Of a DNA stretch of 64,000 nt, positions 38,071 to 51,000 are shown in pieces. The stretch is from Podarcis cretensis (lineage: Eukaryota). The notes under the pieces were generated by a model. The model saw only the letters and a program-made list of their open reading frames with translations, ran no database searches and was not told the origin of the DNA. Made by a program: the position numbers and the translations under genes. The stretch spans positions 86,800,001 to 86,864,000 of the forward strand of contig OX638150.1 of the NCBI GenBank assembly GCA_951804945.1, written 5' to 3'. Every line of letters starts with the position of its first letter. Position 1 is the first letter of the stretch.

Positions 38071-38357
38071 TTGTAGTATTTATACCTTGCCCATCTGACT
38101 ATGATGCCCCAGCCACTCTGGGCAACTTCTAACATATATAAAAACATAATAACACATTAAACATTTATAAACCTCCCTATACAGGGCTGCCTTCAGATGG
38201 CTCGGGGGTTGGATAACTCCATTCCTTCCAACATTTCTCTGATGAAAATAGGGACTTCCTAAGGAAAAGTCGGACATTCTGGCATCAAATTAGAAACCGG
38301 GATGTCTTCTGTAAGTCCAGGACTGTCCCTGGAAAATAAGGACACTTGCAGGATCTG
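37993..38357. mobile_element. Composite hAT-like MITE containing an L2-like tail, inserted in a Squam2-like SINE (SINE pieces at about 37901-37950 and 38376-38428)
   Basis: Termini cataccatccaac/ttgcaggatctg. 25-nt direct repeat at 38001-38025 and 38228-38252. tcctat on both flanks. Confidence 0.6.
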
Positions 38358-38626
38358 TCCTATTAAGAAGCCAGCGATTGAACCTGGGACCTTATACATG
38401 CAAAGTGGGTGCCTTACTCCTGAGCTACTCCCCTAGGGATTTGCAGTTGGAGTGGGAACAAGGCTGGAGAGATGTTCCAGAGAGGGCTAGTTCAACAGAT
38501 TTGCTGGGCAGCGAAAGGAAGAGCAATGTCATTGAGAAGCTCAAACCACCTGCCTACTTTCTGGGGAAGCTATTTCTAGGTATCCTCCATTTTATTTACA
38601 TGGTGCCAAAGCAATTTGCAAATGAA

Positions 38627-38757
38627 CATAGAATCATAGAGTTGGAAGGGACCTCGAGGGTCATCTAGTCCAACCTCCTGCAATGTAGGAATCTCAACTG
38701 AAATATCCACAACAGATGGCCATCCAACCTCTACTTAAAAACATCCAGTGAAGGAGA
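38627..38757 (-). mobile_element. CR1 3' end
   Basis: catagaatcatagagttggaagggacctcgagggtcatctagtccaacc. Confidence 0.8.
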
Positions 38758-40211
38758 AGAGGCCTGCAACCAAGCACACGCTCAGTTCTCTGTCTTGAAG
38801 AAAGAACCAGCCTCCTTGTCTTTTAACGATGGGTCACTCCAGATATCCTTTTTCTTGTGCATTCATGATTATTCATGCTTATGGTGGTATCAAGCCAGTT
38901 AAACACAATCCCACTTTTAATACTTTTTGCACGTATTTGGGGCCAACAATAGTGCTTCATTTCCAATCTGTGCATATCAACTTTTGCATTTAATACCATG
39001 AACTTTTTATACCATGGACACTCCAGATTGTTTGTTTGTTTTGTTCTGCTTTTGTTGCACTCTAGTACAAGAGCATTCCTCTGGACAGCAATAATGCAGT
39101 AACATTGGGAAAGCACCGAAGAACCCGACTAGAGCAGACTGATGTGTGAACGATACAGTATAACCTTACCACCGGTGCACTATTCTTGCCTCTATGACAC
39201 TTGCAGAATACACCCCTGCAAAAAAAAAACCCCCACAAAACACTAGTCTGCAGCGTTCAGTGAAAAACAAAAGGAATTAGAGAACAAAAGGACATATCAA
39301 ACCAAGCAAGCTGGTGTGTGTGTGTGTGTGTGGCTATGAATTGGCACAACGATGTACTTCTGAGCCCCAAAGTGCAGGAATGCATCTGTTGTGCTGCACG
39401 TGCCTACTGGCATTCAAGAGGTTATTAACAAGGATTAATTGTGGCCTGCTTGGTCCTGGCCTGCTTTGCCTCCACCCGTCTCTCTCGCTCTCTCCCTCCT
39501 ACACTCACAGGGTCCCCCAAGCAGGTGATTTATGCAGGCGGCAATGTGGGTAGCTGCGTGCTGATTGGCAGCTTTGCCATTGGGCACCTGTGCCGCGTTT
39601 GAGGCAATAAATAATCCTATCAGCCACGCTCCATCAGGCAGGATATTAGCTGGAGATTGTTAAGGATGTTGTGATATTGTGCTATTGTCACCTGCACCGG
39701 TGAGAGTTTTGCTCTTCTCCAGCTTCTTCCCTGGCCGTAGCCCGAAAATGGTTTACAGATTGTATGTCACTGACCTGTATGAGGAACTTTGTCAGATCTG
39801 CCAAGACTGTGGAATTTTAAATCAGATCTCCAGGAATGCCGTTTACAGAGGGAGCAGATTCAGACCACACGTAATGGCACCTGGTTATTATGAAGTGTAA
39901 AAAGGAACCACAGCAAAGGCTCTTAAAATGCACTACTTTTGTGGCTTAATCTTGATTCCTGCATTGCAGGGGATGGGACTATTTGACTCTCAGGGTGCTT
40001 TCCAGTTCTATGATTCCATATACAAGAGCTGGGCTTTCAGTTCTGCAGTGAATCTTGTCCTTTCCCCTGAATTCTGAAATGAGCCCCCTGCAGATCTGTA
40101 ATCTTAATGGCTCTTTGCTGTTTATAATGCTCCAGATTCCCCCTAACCCAGACAGTCTTCTAATAAGTCTCCCTCACACACACTCCAACACCTCCGGCTA
40201 TAGGGTGGTAT

Positions 40212-40256
<45 letters not shown>

Positions 40257-40323
40257 TCGTGCCACTCTGTGCAGGTATAATTCTTTCTCTTGGATTTCCT
40301 CCTGTTCTTGTTTCCTCTCCCAG

Positions 40324-40390
40324 AATTACTGGCCGACACTAATCAAATCTCTTGCAGCGGGATGAAGAATCTCGAAACAAACAACAGGTG
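40324..40390 (+). other. Candidate internal exon (67 nt) of an unidentified plus-strand gene
   Basis: Pyrimidine tract of about 40 nt ending ccag at 40323 and donor GTG|GTAAGG. One open frame, ELLADTNQISCSGMKNLETNNR, which I do not recognise. Confidence 0.45.
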
Positions 40391-41872
40391 GTAAGGGAAC
40401 CAATGGAGGGAGAGGGGTCTCTCTTGAGGGGCCCATGGCAAGACTAGTTGTGCAACACACAACCCTCCTCCCTCCATAAATCATTGCCTCCTCCCCCGCC
40501 CTTGCTAGCCAGGCAGCCACCTCCTCTGGGATTCAGGGAGTCAGTTCTATGAGAGCAGATGGCCTTTGCAGTTTCAAGCACAGATCTGTCAAAAGAACGG
40601 ATACGTTCCCTAATTACTAACACCACGATTAAATGTCTAGAAGATCCACTGATTGCCATTACATCTTGTTACATTGCAGCTTACATGGCACGTGACTGCA
40701 GGCGGCATTTGCTGCGTGCCTGTGGAAGCACAGCAGCATTGTAATTCTGAACTTCGTTATATGTGCACAGACATATGTTTCTGCAATCTGCTCTGGGGGT
40801 GTTGTTATTTGGTATGTGTTTTGGGTCGTGCAGATTCAGGGCCTGCCCTTTCCCTCCTTTGCCCTAGATCCCTTTGCTCCCTCCTTCCCCAGTTTCATGT
40901 TTCTGCCTCTTCATGCAACATGTTACCTGGCATGACTTCCTGCCTCCCCGCCCCCCGCCCCTCACCAAAGTTGGGGACTCTCCTAAGAAGGCACCAGCTG
41001 CTGAAAATGGGTCTCAGCAGGTGGGGAAAGTGGCTGTGAAGCCAATATAGCTGATCTCAAGGCACATTGGCTCATCTGGTGGCTGCGATGGAAAAGGAGC
41101 AGGAATAGCATAGACCAGAATCATGGTACTGACTGTATTGTACGATTTACCAATGATGTACGTACATTCAGGAGGATGAAGCTTCAGTCACTGATTCTTT
41201 CAGAAAAGTGTCTGACCTAAAAGATTTTCCACGAGGAGAAAGAATCTGGTTAGCTCCAGATGGGTTTTTTGATGGGTTGTCCCCATTAACCAGTTGGTTG
41301 GTTAGTTGGTTGGCATGTAATTAAATGGGGCCGTCCAAACATAAAAACCTAAAAAAATCATGCCTGAACGGGACATGTATGCAAGAGTCTACCTCCATGC
41401 ATTTTAACCAGATTATCAACAACAGCAGCAGCAACAAAATATATAACAATGAGAGAAGTTGAGTCTATTCAGTATTAAGAGGTGCCACTGCATTCTGTGA
41501 TGTCCTTGAAGAATGGGCAACAAGTCAAAGTAGAAACTTGCTGGAATAATGGCTGCCTATAGATAGAATGCACAATTCAAAGGCTCTGCTGTTATACACT
41601 GGCAAATGGTATTTGCAACACACAGGTTCTACAGAAAGAGTTCCCAAATATCTTATTAAGGATAATTTCCTGTGTTACGCATAATGCTACTGAATTAACC
41701 TTATAAGGACAGCTTTAACATATCTTCATGATGCTTATTATTTGCCCGACAGGATAGTAGTCTAGTAAGATGTCAACTTCACCCCTGACCTACCTACCTT
41801 CCTTCCTTCCTTCCTTCCTTCCTTCCCTCCCAGATATGTAATAAATTTAGCTCTGAGCTCACATATCATGAC

Positions 41873-42020
41873 GGGAAAGGCTGTAGCTCAGTGGTAGAAC
41901 ATCTGTTTAACATGCAGAAGGTCCCTGGTTCAATACCCAGTATCTCCAATACTCAGCAAGTTGCTGCCAGTCAGTGTAGAGACACTATTGAGGTTAAGGT
42001 CTGACTTGATATATAAGAAG
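41873..42020 (+). mobile_element. Squam2-like tRNA SINE
   Basis: gggaaaggctgtagctcagtggtagaac (A box), ggttcaataccc (B box), then ctgccagtcagtgtaga...ggtctgac. Confidence 0.75.
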
Positions 42021-45000
42021 AACCATCAGTGGAATTTTGACTGGGGGGGGGCACCTTTACTGGCTGACACCCTAGCAATTATATCCTCTTGTCTCCAGCT
42101 ACCATTGCTTACAATTCGTAAGCAAGTCACCAAGATAATTTATTTAGTTTTATTTTTGCATCTTCAGCGCTATTTGGGGATTGCTTCCCTATAGAAAGGA
42201 TGCTGTACCAAAGACACTATCCCCACAACTGGGCCTTTGTGCGTGCCAGCCTCTGAACTATAATCTGAAATTTCAGGCAGAGTCTCTCTCTGAGCCCCTA
42301 AGCTCTTTGGGACAACCTGGCAATCGTTCTCTGTCATTTTGCCAAGGAGAATTATATTTTGCATTCACATCAGCATGTTCACTTTTCACAAGAGAACCTG
42401 AAAGAAAGATGTTGAAACAAATCCAAGGGGTACATTCCAGCAGTCTTGCTAATAGGGTTGTTACCAAAACAGTTGGAGGAAATGGCCAGCATTAACAGAG
42501 AACTGAATTAATTTAATGCTGAGAGAAGTAGGTGGGCAGAACAAGTTGATGGAGAGAAATCTGGCTCAGTTAAGATCATTTCTGCCTTTCCCTTCTTTCC
42601 AGACCTGCATTACAACATCAAGCTAGTGCTGTAAATAATCTCAGACCCACCTGAGCTTTTCAAACCTATTCAATACTTCTTCCAACTAGGGTTGCCAGCT
42701 TTTTTCTCTGGCAGGGCTCCTCCACTTTCTATACCTGTGGGACAAGGACCAATTCATCAGGTGAACTTAAATGTTTTTTTATTCGGTTTGGACTAGATGG
42801 CCCTTGGGGATCCCTTCCAACTTTACAGTTCTCTTAATTTTCTCCTTACACAGTCAAAGGCACAGGAGCCCTGCTAAATAAACATTGCTAGAGGGGGCAG
42901 TCTTTTGTCCCCCCTTACAACACCCCTGGGAATCTACATGGCATCATGATGATGTTGCATCAATACCATTGGGGCATATTATAGGACTGAAAAATGCTGA
43001 TCTGCTGATTGCTACCTAAAGTGATAGCAAAGCTTTCTAAAGAGGGAAAAAAGAAAGACAATTTTGAAACCTGCACCCCACCCCTTATGAAAATTTATAG
43101 AATTTGGAACCTTCTCCAGAAGTCTCCAAAAACACCTGCCCCATGAAAACCAGGTACATATGTGTATACATATACATTCACATACATACATACATACATA
43201 CATACAGAGAGCCCAACTGGAGCAGACTGAACCTCTCCTGTGCTGTTGCTGTCCACTTCAAGCTTCTGATATTTTTTGTCAAGACCAAGAAAAGAAGAAA
43301 GAAAGAAAAGAAACAACCACAAAACATTCATGGGCTCTATTTGAAGATAGGAGCTTCCCTGAAAAAGAGCCTGTACTCCTGTCCTGTTCTACGACAAGAA
43401 CAGCCTGGGGGTTCAGTGGGTACCCCCTTGTTTTCGATTAAGCCAGCCACTTGGTCTGCTTCCCACCTTTGAGATGGTATTAAATCTCTTGCTCCCAGAT
43501 AGCCCTCGCATTTGAGACTCAGTGTGGTTGAGCTGCACAGCAATCTGCCAAGTGAATTGTGAAAGTTTGCGGTAGAATGGGGGTTTCCATTAATGGCACC
43601 AGGCTTTCCAAGTACTGACCTGTCCTCACTGAGGACGGCAAGCACCCAAGGAGTGGTGCCATTTTAGAACACAAGAGTATAGGCCAGTCGTTCTGAACCT
43701 GGTGCATGCCAGCTGTTTTGGAGTATAGTTGTGCCGGCTGGGGCTGGAGGAGGCTGTAGTCCAAAACAGCTGGAGGGAAGTCTGGTGGCGATGCTTTCTT
43801 GTTTCTGTGATGTCTCCTACCCTTCACTTTAGTAGCTTCCAGATGACTTGTTTATTGTTTGCCTTCCAGATTTGTTTCCAGGAAGGCTTGCAAGGAGGTG
43901 AGACGAAACTGGATAATTACAGGCAGTTACTCTGATTCAATTGCAGAGAGGTTATGCAACAGTTGCATCATGCAGTTGTCGTACCATACTTCCCACCTCT
44001 TTGCCCTCTTTCCTGATCGGGGAAAAACAATCCAAACTTTTTGGGAAGTGGGTTTATTGGGCAAGGCCTCCCAATCAACTACAATTGCACAACCTGAATT
44101 TGTTGGTCTGTGGCTGTATCCCACCTGAAAACAGTGAGAGTCTAGAAGCGCCCTTTGCAACAAACCTTGAGATTTGAACCCAGGCCTTGTCAGCTGTGGT
44201 ATGCTCCTTCCAGCCTCCCGCCTCTTTCCCTTCTCCCCAGGCAGGCTGTATTCTGGAGGGCAAGGAGGGGCCTCGGGGAGAGGGGTTGGCATCCTGATGG
44301 CTCAGCACTTCTTCCCTTTTGCTGGAGCAGAAAAAAAGCGGGGGGGGAGGGAGTATTTTTTAGCAGTTTGGTTCTCACAAACGGTAATTGGTTTCCGAGG
44401 GTTTTGCTGTATATTCCTGATTGTACTTCACAGTTTGCTACACAGGAAAATGTGTTCTTTTCCCTGCTCAGCTCCTTTGGCGGTTTTTGTTTAAGCGGGT
44501 AACTCTATTGCGAGGTTGGACGGCATCCATGCAGACTGCCGGATCAGCAGACACCAGGCCTCATTAAAAGCTTTTCTTCCCAACCTAATAGCAGCCCTCT
44601 CCCTGCTCCTCCAGAAGCCCCCTCTGCCAATGCACGTAGGCACCCTCCCTCCTTCGCAGCCTCCCTCCTAATCACGCTCCCGGCAGCTGGGACCAGAAAG
44701 CATAAATTACAGGGCTGCTCACCGCTGGCCACCTGCCAGCCAGGCACCTCTTAGTGACTCCCATCCAGGTGCTGCAGGAGCAGCTGTCCACCCCCACCAT
44801 GCGCCAATGGTCGTTGCTCGACTGCCTGGCCTTTCCCTGTTTCCCTGGCAAAATAGGAGCCCCCCCCCCGAGTCCTCCTACATATATTTTGACACGGCCA
44901 GAGGTGTACTTAGCACACGGAAGTGGTTTTTTTGCTCCCCCACCTGGTTGTGGTGAAGGGTATATGTGTATTCCCCCCCCCCCCGTGCTGTCAATTTAGG

Positions 45001-45453
45001 GCCCAAGCAAGCATGACACAGGGGAACTGTGATCTGAGATTCTTTTCCTCAGGGTGGTGGTTGGCTAGTATGATCAGGCAGCAAGGGGCAAGAGGGAGTG
45101 TTTAACCCTTTTGCAGCTTCCTCCATCTTAATTGCCTCCCCTCCCATCAGTGTTATTAGCTCAATGGGGGCAGAAATATGGATGGAGATGCACCTGTATT
45201 TCTGCCCCCATTGAGCTAATATTCCCTCCAATAGCAAGAGCTTTGGGGGCAGTTTAGATCAGACAAATAGTTCCCTTGGGGTGGAAGAGTTTAAACATGC
45301 CTTTCTGTTTGCCTGAGCAAGTGAGCATGCCTCTGAGGGGGAATCTGAGTGAACAAAACAAAACATTTGGAGAGCTCGTCAGAGGATCTCCCACATCATG
45401 TGTTTTTGGCCCTCAGTGTTTGTAGAACCTGAACTTGAAAAGACCATACTTTT

Positions 45454-46177
45454 TTTTGCAATTGTTTTCATTGATTTTCATATTATATATTTATACATTC
45501 TTACAATATTAGTAACCTAAAACTCTCAGGATTACCACTTCTGTCTACCCCTCTTCTAGTTTTCTTGTTTCCACACTATAATATTTACACATTGATTTAT
45601 ATCAGCATACTGTTCATATCAATACATGGTTCTTTCTATAATCTCATATAGAATGCTCCATCAATTATACATTGTAAGGTTTATCTCAGACCTGCCAGTG
45701 TTCTTATATGTAAACAGTGTTTCTTAAGGTAAATTATAAATTTCTTCCAGTCTTTTTGGAATGTCTGGTTGTCCTGCTTACGGGTTCGTCCCGTCAGCCT
45801 GGCTAATTCTGCGTACCCTACCATCTTTGTTTGCCATTCCTCGATAGTCGGCAGATCTTGACGTTTCCATCCTTGAGCTATCAAAACTCTGGCTGCCTTT
45901 GTTGCGTACAGAAATAGTTTTTCGTCTTCTTTTGGTATCTCATCCCCAACCATTCCTAAAAGAAATGCCTCTGGCCTTTTAGGGAATGTATATCTAAACA
46001 TTTTTTTTATTCATTGTATATACTGTCCCAAAATGCCTTTGGTTTTTTTACACAGCCACCACATGTGGTAAAAATCACCATCCTTATCTAAACATTTCCA
46101 TCATTTTTTACTTCTAATCCTGTACATTTTTGCCAACTTGGTTGGGGTGAGATACCGTTGATACATCATTGATACAC
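45454..46177 (-). mobile_element. L1 LINE 3' fragment
   Basis: MMYQRYLTP, a C..DGDFYHMWWLC zinc-knuckle-like motif, then PEAFLLG...AAR.LIAQ.WK...EEW...DWKKF. 14-bp TSD aagaccatactttt at 45440-45453 and 46178-46191. Confidence 0.93.
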
Positions 46178-47776
46178 AAGACCATACTTTTATATATATA
46201 TCAACAAGGTAAGTTGAGAAGGTTATAGGAATTTCTTTCAAGGTCTTATACAAATTAGTCTTCTCTGTTCCAGATCCACCCGCTGGTTCCATTCTTGTGT
46301 TCTCTTCTGCATGTCTACCATAAAGCCCTGGCATGACAAAGAGGGTCATGCTCTGAGAGGTGCTTTGAGCTCATGCATGACACTGGTTTGGTTCATTGGG
46401 CTTCAGCATTTGCTGTATCCAAACTGACAGCATGGGCTTATACCCATACAGTAAAGTGGTTATAGTAGGAATCAAGGCGTTCCCTGAGTTTGGTACACAA
46501 AGAGAAACAGTTTTGAGAAACACTAGCAAAGTGGGGTATTCAACATTGTGCAAGGCAATTGTCCCATCAGGGCAAACTTTTTGACTGCCAGATGGAATGA
46601 TCCCCTCTTCTCCTCCTGTGCACTGTTCCCTGTGCACCACCTCCTCAAGTCAAATGGGAGGAGGGGGAAAGCCCCATTTTGTAAGTGGATGTTCTTATGC
46701 AGGGCTTCTGCTGATGGGACTCATGAAACCTAGGGCAGCAGACATATTTAGTGCAGTTGTAGAAGGCAAGGGGGGGGAGCAACAAAACATTGCCATGTGG
46801 GATTTTCCTTCCCCCTCCAACACAAAGGTCACATCCATGTCACCATTTAAAGCACTTGGCTTCACCCAAATAACCCTGGTAACTCTAGTTTGTTAAGAGT
46901 GCTAGGATTTGTAGCTCTGTGAGGGACAAATGACAGCTCACAGGATTATTTTGGGGGAAGCCCAGTGTTTTAAATCCTCAGTGTGGATGTGACCACAGCA
47001 CTCCATGCCAACTGAACAAGCTCACTTTTCACTTGGCTGCTTTTTAATGGGACTCTTCTCCATTTGAGATCATATACAGGGCCAGGAACACTTGTAGTGA
47101 GTCCCAGCAATATTAAAATATTGGATTTCTCTTTATTTCTATGGACAACTCTCAGTTCTGTCCCTATGGATGTTTGAAAAGAGCTCCTCAATGTAAATCA
47201 GGAAATGAACTATTCTGACAGCAATATAATTCTCTCTAACCTTTCCCATCTTTGTACCCCTTTCTTCATTTTCCCTTTCCAACCATTACATTCGCCCTCC
47301 CACCCACATTTGTGTGAGAAGCACCCAAAGACTTGGATCAGAAATAGAGGGAATGTTAATGATACACACAGGATTGAGTAGGTAGCTTGTTCCACACTTT
47401 AGTCTCCTGTGGCATCATTTTATGAAGTTTGCAACCGTAAATATTATTACATGGTCTCAGAAGAGAAACTGACAGGAAAACAAGGAAGCAAAGATGAACC
47501 AGCTCATTCTCCTGGAATGTTGGTGTTTAAAGTAGAGGCGGCAGAGATCTGGAGGCTGTAGAAACACAAGCATTTGAGTAACACTGCATTGCAAGTGGAG
47601 CAGATAAGAAAGATGAGAGACTTCAGTCAGCTCTATTTCTTCATATGGCAGGTGAAGATGCAAGATATAGATTGAATATTATTATTTCAGTTTGATGACG
47701 ATGCAGATGCGGAGGAGGAGGACCCAAAGGTTGAGTAATGCATTTGAAGCACATTGTATAGCCAAAAGTAGGGTGG

Positions 47777-48296
47777 TGTCAAGAGCCAGAGTCAGAAGCA
47801 GGTCAGCAATAACTCACAAGGTGTCAGTGAAGGTAACTCTTTATTCAAAGAAACCAAAACAGTGCAACCCTAGTGATCACAGCAGCTGCAAGGACTGAAG
47901 GTCTCTGCTGTTCCAGCACTCTCTAAGGCTCCTCGCCTGGTTCATTCCGCAGCAGCCTAAGAGTGCTTCATCTTCTCTCTCTTTGCTCTGCCCTCTTCAT
48001 GTACTGGGAGACCAGGGGAGAGGGGAGCTTCACAGCAGGAGGAAGAGACTCCCTGGATTCTTCAGCAGCCTGCCTCATCTCTGTCTCCTGGCCCCTGTCT
48101 TCTCCTGCCTCTGTCTGGACTGCCCTCTGCACAGCCTCTTCCTGCTCATTAAACCCTGTCACCTCTTCTGCTTCTGACACCTCCTATTCCCAGTCTGCTC
48201 CCTCTGGCCATGCACTGTTATCATACCACCAATCTCCTGGCTTCTTCCCTAGCTGGTGCCTCCCACCACTCCTCTGCGACCAGCCAGTCCATGACA
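47777..48296 (-). mobile_element. Solo LTR (Gypsy-type), 520 bp
   Basis: Termini TGTCA...TGACA. Perfect 5-bp TSD ggtgg at 47772-47776 and 48297-48301. AATAAA on the minus strand near 47840. Confidence 0.85.
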
Positions 48297-48909
48297 GGTG
48301 GCTCCATACTCATGGACAAGGACAAAAGGACACAGATATGCATCAAGTTTACATATCCTAATGTATGGGTGCATATTTATAAATAATAATAAATAGAAAT
48401 GCATTGGGGTGAAGACTGTGACCAGGTGACCACCTCAGTCTGTGGCTCAGTTGCTCACTGTTGATGGCTGTCATCAAGGCATCTGCTCACCTTTCTGGGG
48501 TTTCTTTCTCTTTCATCTGGACTTGGATCAGATAGCAGCACAGATACAGGATTGTCCTCTGACAGTACATCACACTAGAAGTCTGTCCTCTATACAATGG
48601 GGATCATCACCGGGCTGGCCCTGTGACCACACCTATTTAAGGGTGAACATCTTTGCATTGAAAACGAAAAAAAGTTTTATGCAAAGCCTCACAATTCAAT
48701 CTTCAGGGCCTGGTCCTCTCAGTCCAAAAAGGAAGGTGGGCAGGCTCCAGCATTTACTCCCATCAAAGCACTATGGAAGGTACCCAGTCCTTTGTGGGAG
48801 TGAGACGCACCTCCCCAAAGCAAAAACTAAAAATGTGTAAAAACAAGGCTGATGCAGCCATGAAGTCAGCTGCAAGCTGTTTGGTTCATTTTTTTTTCTC
48901 ATCCCCAAC

Positions 48910-48990
48910 TTGCCTGATGAAGAGTTCTGGAGGACTCAAAAGCTTGTCATGTGTTTTGTGACATATTGGTGAGTCTCAATAAAAGTATTG
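48910..48990 (+). mobile_element. Penelope-like element terminal remnant with decayed hammerhead motif
   Basis: ctgatgaa-gagttc-tgga-ggactc-aaaagctt...aataaaagtatt. Confidence 0.5.
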
Positions 48991-49889
48991 TGCCCCACGG
49001 CAGATATTCGTTTTATTTTTATGGACCCACAGAACAAGATCTGCTTTTTAATAAGCTTTGAATTTGCAAGCTTACACCCACTTACTTGGATTGAACTCAG
49101 GGTGGCTTACTTCTGAGTAGACACGATTGTTGTCACATACGGGGGTGGGGTGTGTGTTTTCTTTCTTACTCTGAGTTCAAGTGCAAAGAGACAGACTTAA
49201 GTTCTGAATAAGCTGGTCTTATATACCCATGTCATGATGCCATTATTTGCCAGTCTCAGAAATCAAGCAGAAGGGATCTCAACCAGCTATTGTGAATCAT
49301 AGTATCTTGCATAGAATCTTGCAGATCTTACCAAAAAAAAAAAATGCCAGTTTACTCAGATGCCACATGGTGGGATGGAAGTTTCAGAAGGTATCTGTAG
49401 GAAATACAGAATCATGGTATAAGAGCCAGGGTGGGGTAAGGATTCCAGGTCCATGTGTGAGAGTCATTTAGAAGCTGAGCAATGCAAATGAGGGGCTTGA
49501 GAAGCTGTTTATTGGCCAGGCATGTGTGCTCAAATCTTGGTACAGTCATGTACCAGATGTCAAGCCTTCAGAAATAAATAGACTACATAGAGAACGTATG
49601 CTACCTCATGACATTCCAAGAAAGGCCTTGGCAGGCAGAAGCTAGGGGTGGACTTTTTTGAATTTAAAGGAAAGGCCGGCTTCTTCCGGATTATCACTGT
49701 TCAAAATATATGGAAGCACATTTGCTTGAGGATGCCACAAGTTAATCAGTAATCTAACATGGCAATTTTATATTTGGAAGCTATGATATTCCAAAAGAGA
49801 TTGTGAGAGGCACTACTTCATGATTTTCTTCCGGAGGCTTCAGAATGTTTGCAAAATAATGAGACTTTGCAAAATAATAAGGACTGATA

Positions 49890-50245
49890 AGCTCTGTTTT
49901 CACGTAACACTAAGCCAAGCCTTGGCTTAGAGAGAATGAGCAAGTATGTAGGTTCCTACAGAGAATATCACAGGGGCTCCATTCCTCAGTCCTGCTGCTG
50001 CTCTCCTACCCAGAACTAAGCCATTGTTTGCCTTAGCAGTACCTGTGAATCTGGGCTTGTAGGTTGTCTTACTCCCCCAAAAACCATGAGCTGTATCCGA
50101 GGTATGTTCTTCATTTACTACTCATGGTTTGTTTTGGGGAGAAGCCACAAGCTCAGGTTCACACATAATGGTAAGTCATAGGACTAGGAGCAGCTGGGAT
50201 TTTCTCCCATTCTCTCATTCTTGCAAAGCCATAGTTTGGTTTAGA
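49890..50245. mobile_element. Old palindromic MITE (Harbinger-like)
   Basis: Repeated ctaagcc...ggcttag motifs and a mirrored aaaccatgag/ctcatggttt. Confidence 0.45.
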
Positions 50246-50965
50246 TTTATACTCAGACTGGACCATATCAAGAAAAAACTTGGGACCCAAGCATGTGAAG
50301 GAACACCTTTACCTGTATCTGCCTGCCTGGGCTCTTAGATCTGAAGGAGCGGCTCTTTTTGTGATCCGACTGTTAAGGGAGATGCATCATGGTGACACAG
50401 GACAGGCCCTTCTCTATGGTTGTGCCCTACTTGTGGAAAGCCCCTCTCCCTGGAAACACCACCGGTTTTTCCATGTCAACACCTCTAGCAACTGGTATTC
50501 TGAGGCACTCTGCCTCTGACCATTCTCATGGAAGAACCCCAATACGTATGCTTCCGAACTGCAGGCTTCTCCAGGACACAGTTTGAAAACAACTAATGTA
50601 GACTATAATGAGCCACAGGCAGAGAGGAAGAAGCAGTAGCATTTCTGAAGTGCATGTAAGCAAAGGGATATATCTGGTCAATTTGGACAAAGTGAATACC
50701 TGAAACAGAGAAAGATATCCGCATTGGCACAACAGTGTGCTCTTCATACAAAATAAAAGATACAAAATAATATCTGCAATTTCCCATTTTGTACTACGTG
50801 TCTTTGCTTATTGTGTAAATAAATAAAAAAAATGGCAAGAAAATGGAATTACATTTGAATAAAAATGGATCAAGTTGGTTCAAGCTAATTTCCATTTTTG
50901 CATGCTACAGAGAAATAATAATCTTGTCAAGGTCACCATTCAGTTTGTTCTGTGGCTTAGAGAAG

Positions 50966-51000
<35 letters not shown>

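Noticed and set aside
38010-38260. CTGATGA motifs as hammerhead cores
   Set aside because: No helix II/GAAA arrangement follows. They are part of the MITE terminal repeat.
41873-41948. tRNA gene
   Set aside because: It is the tRNA-like head of a SINE. The stems are degenerate and it continues into a SINE body shared with other copies.
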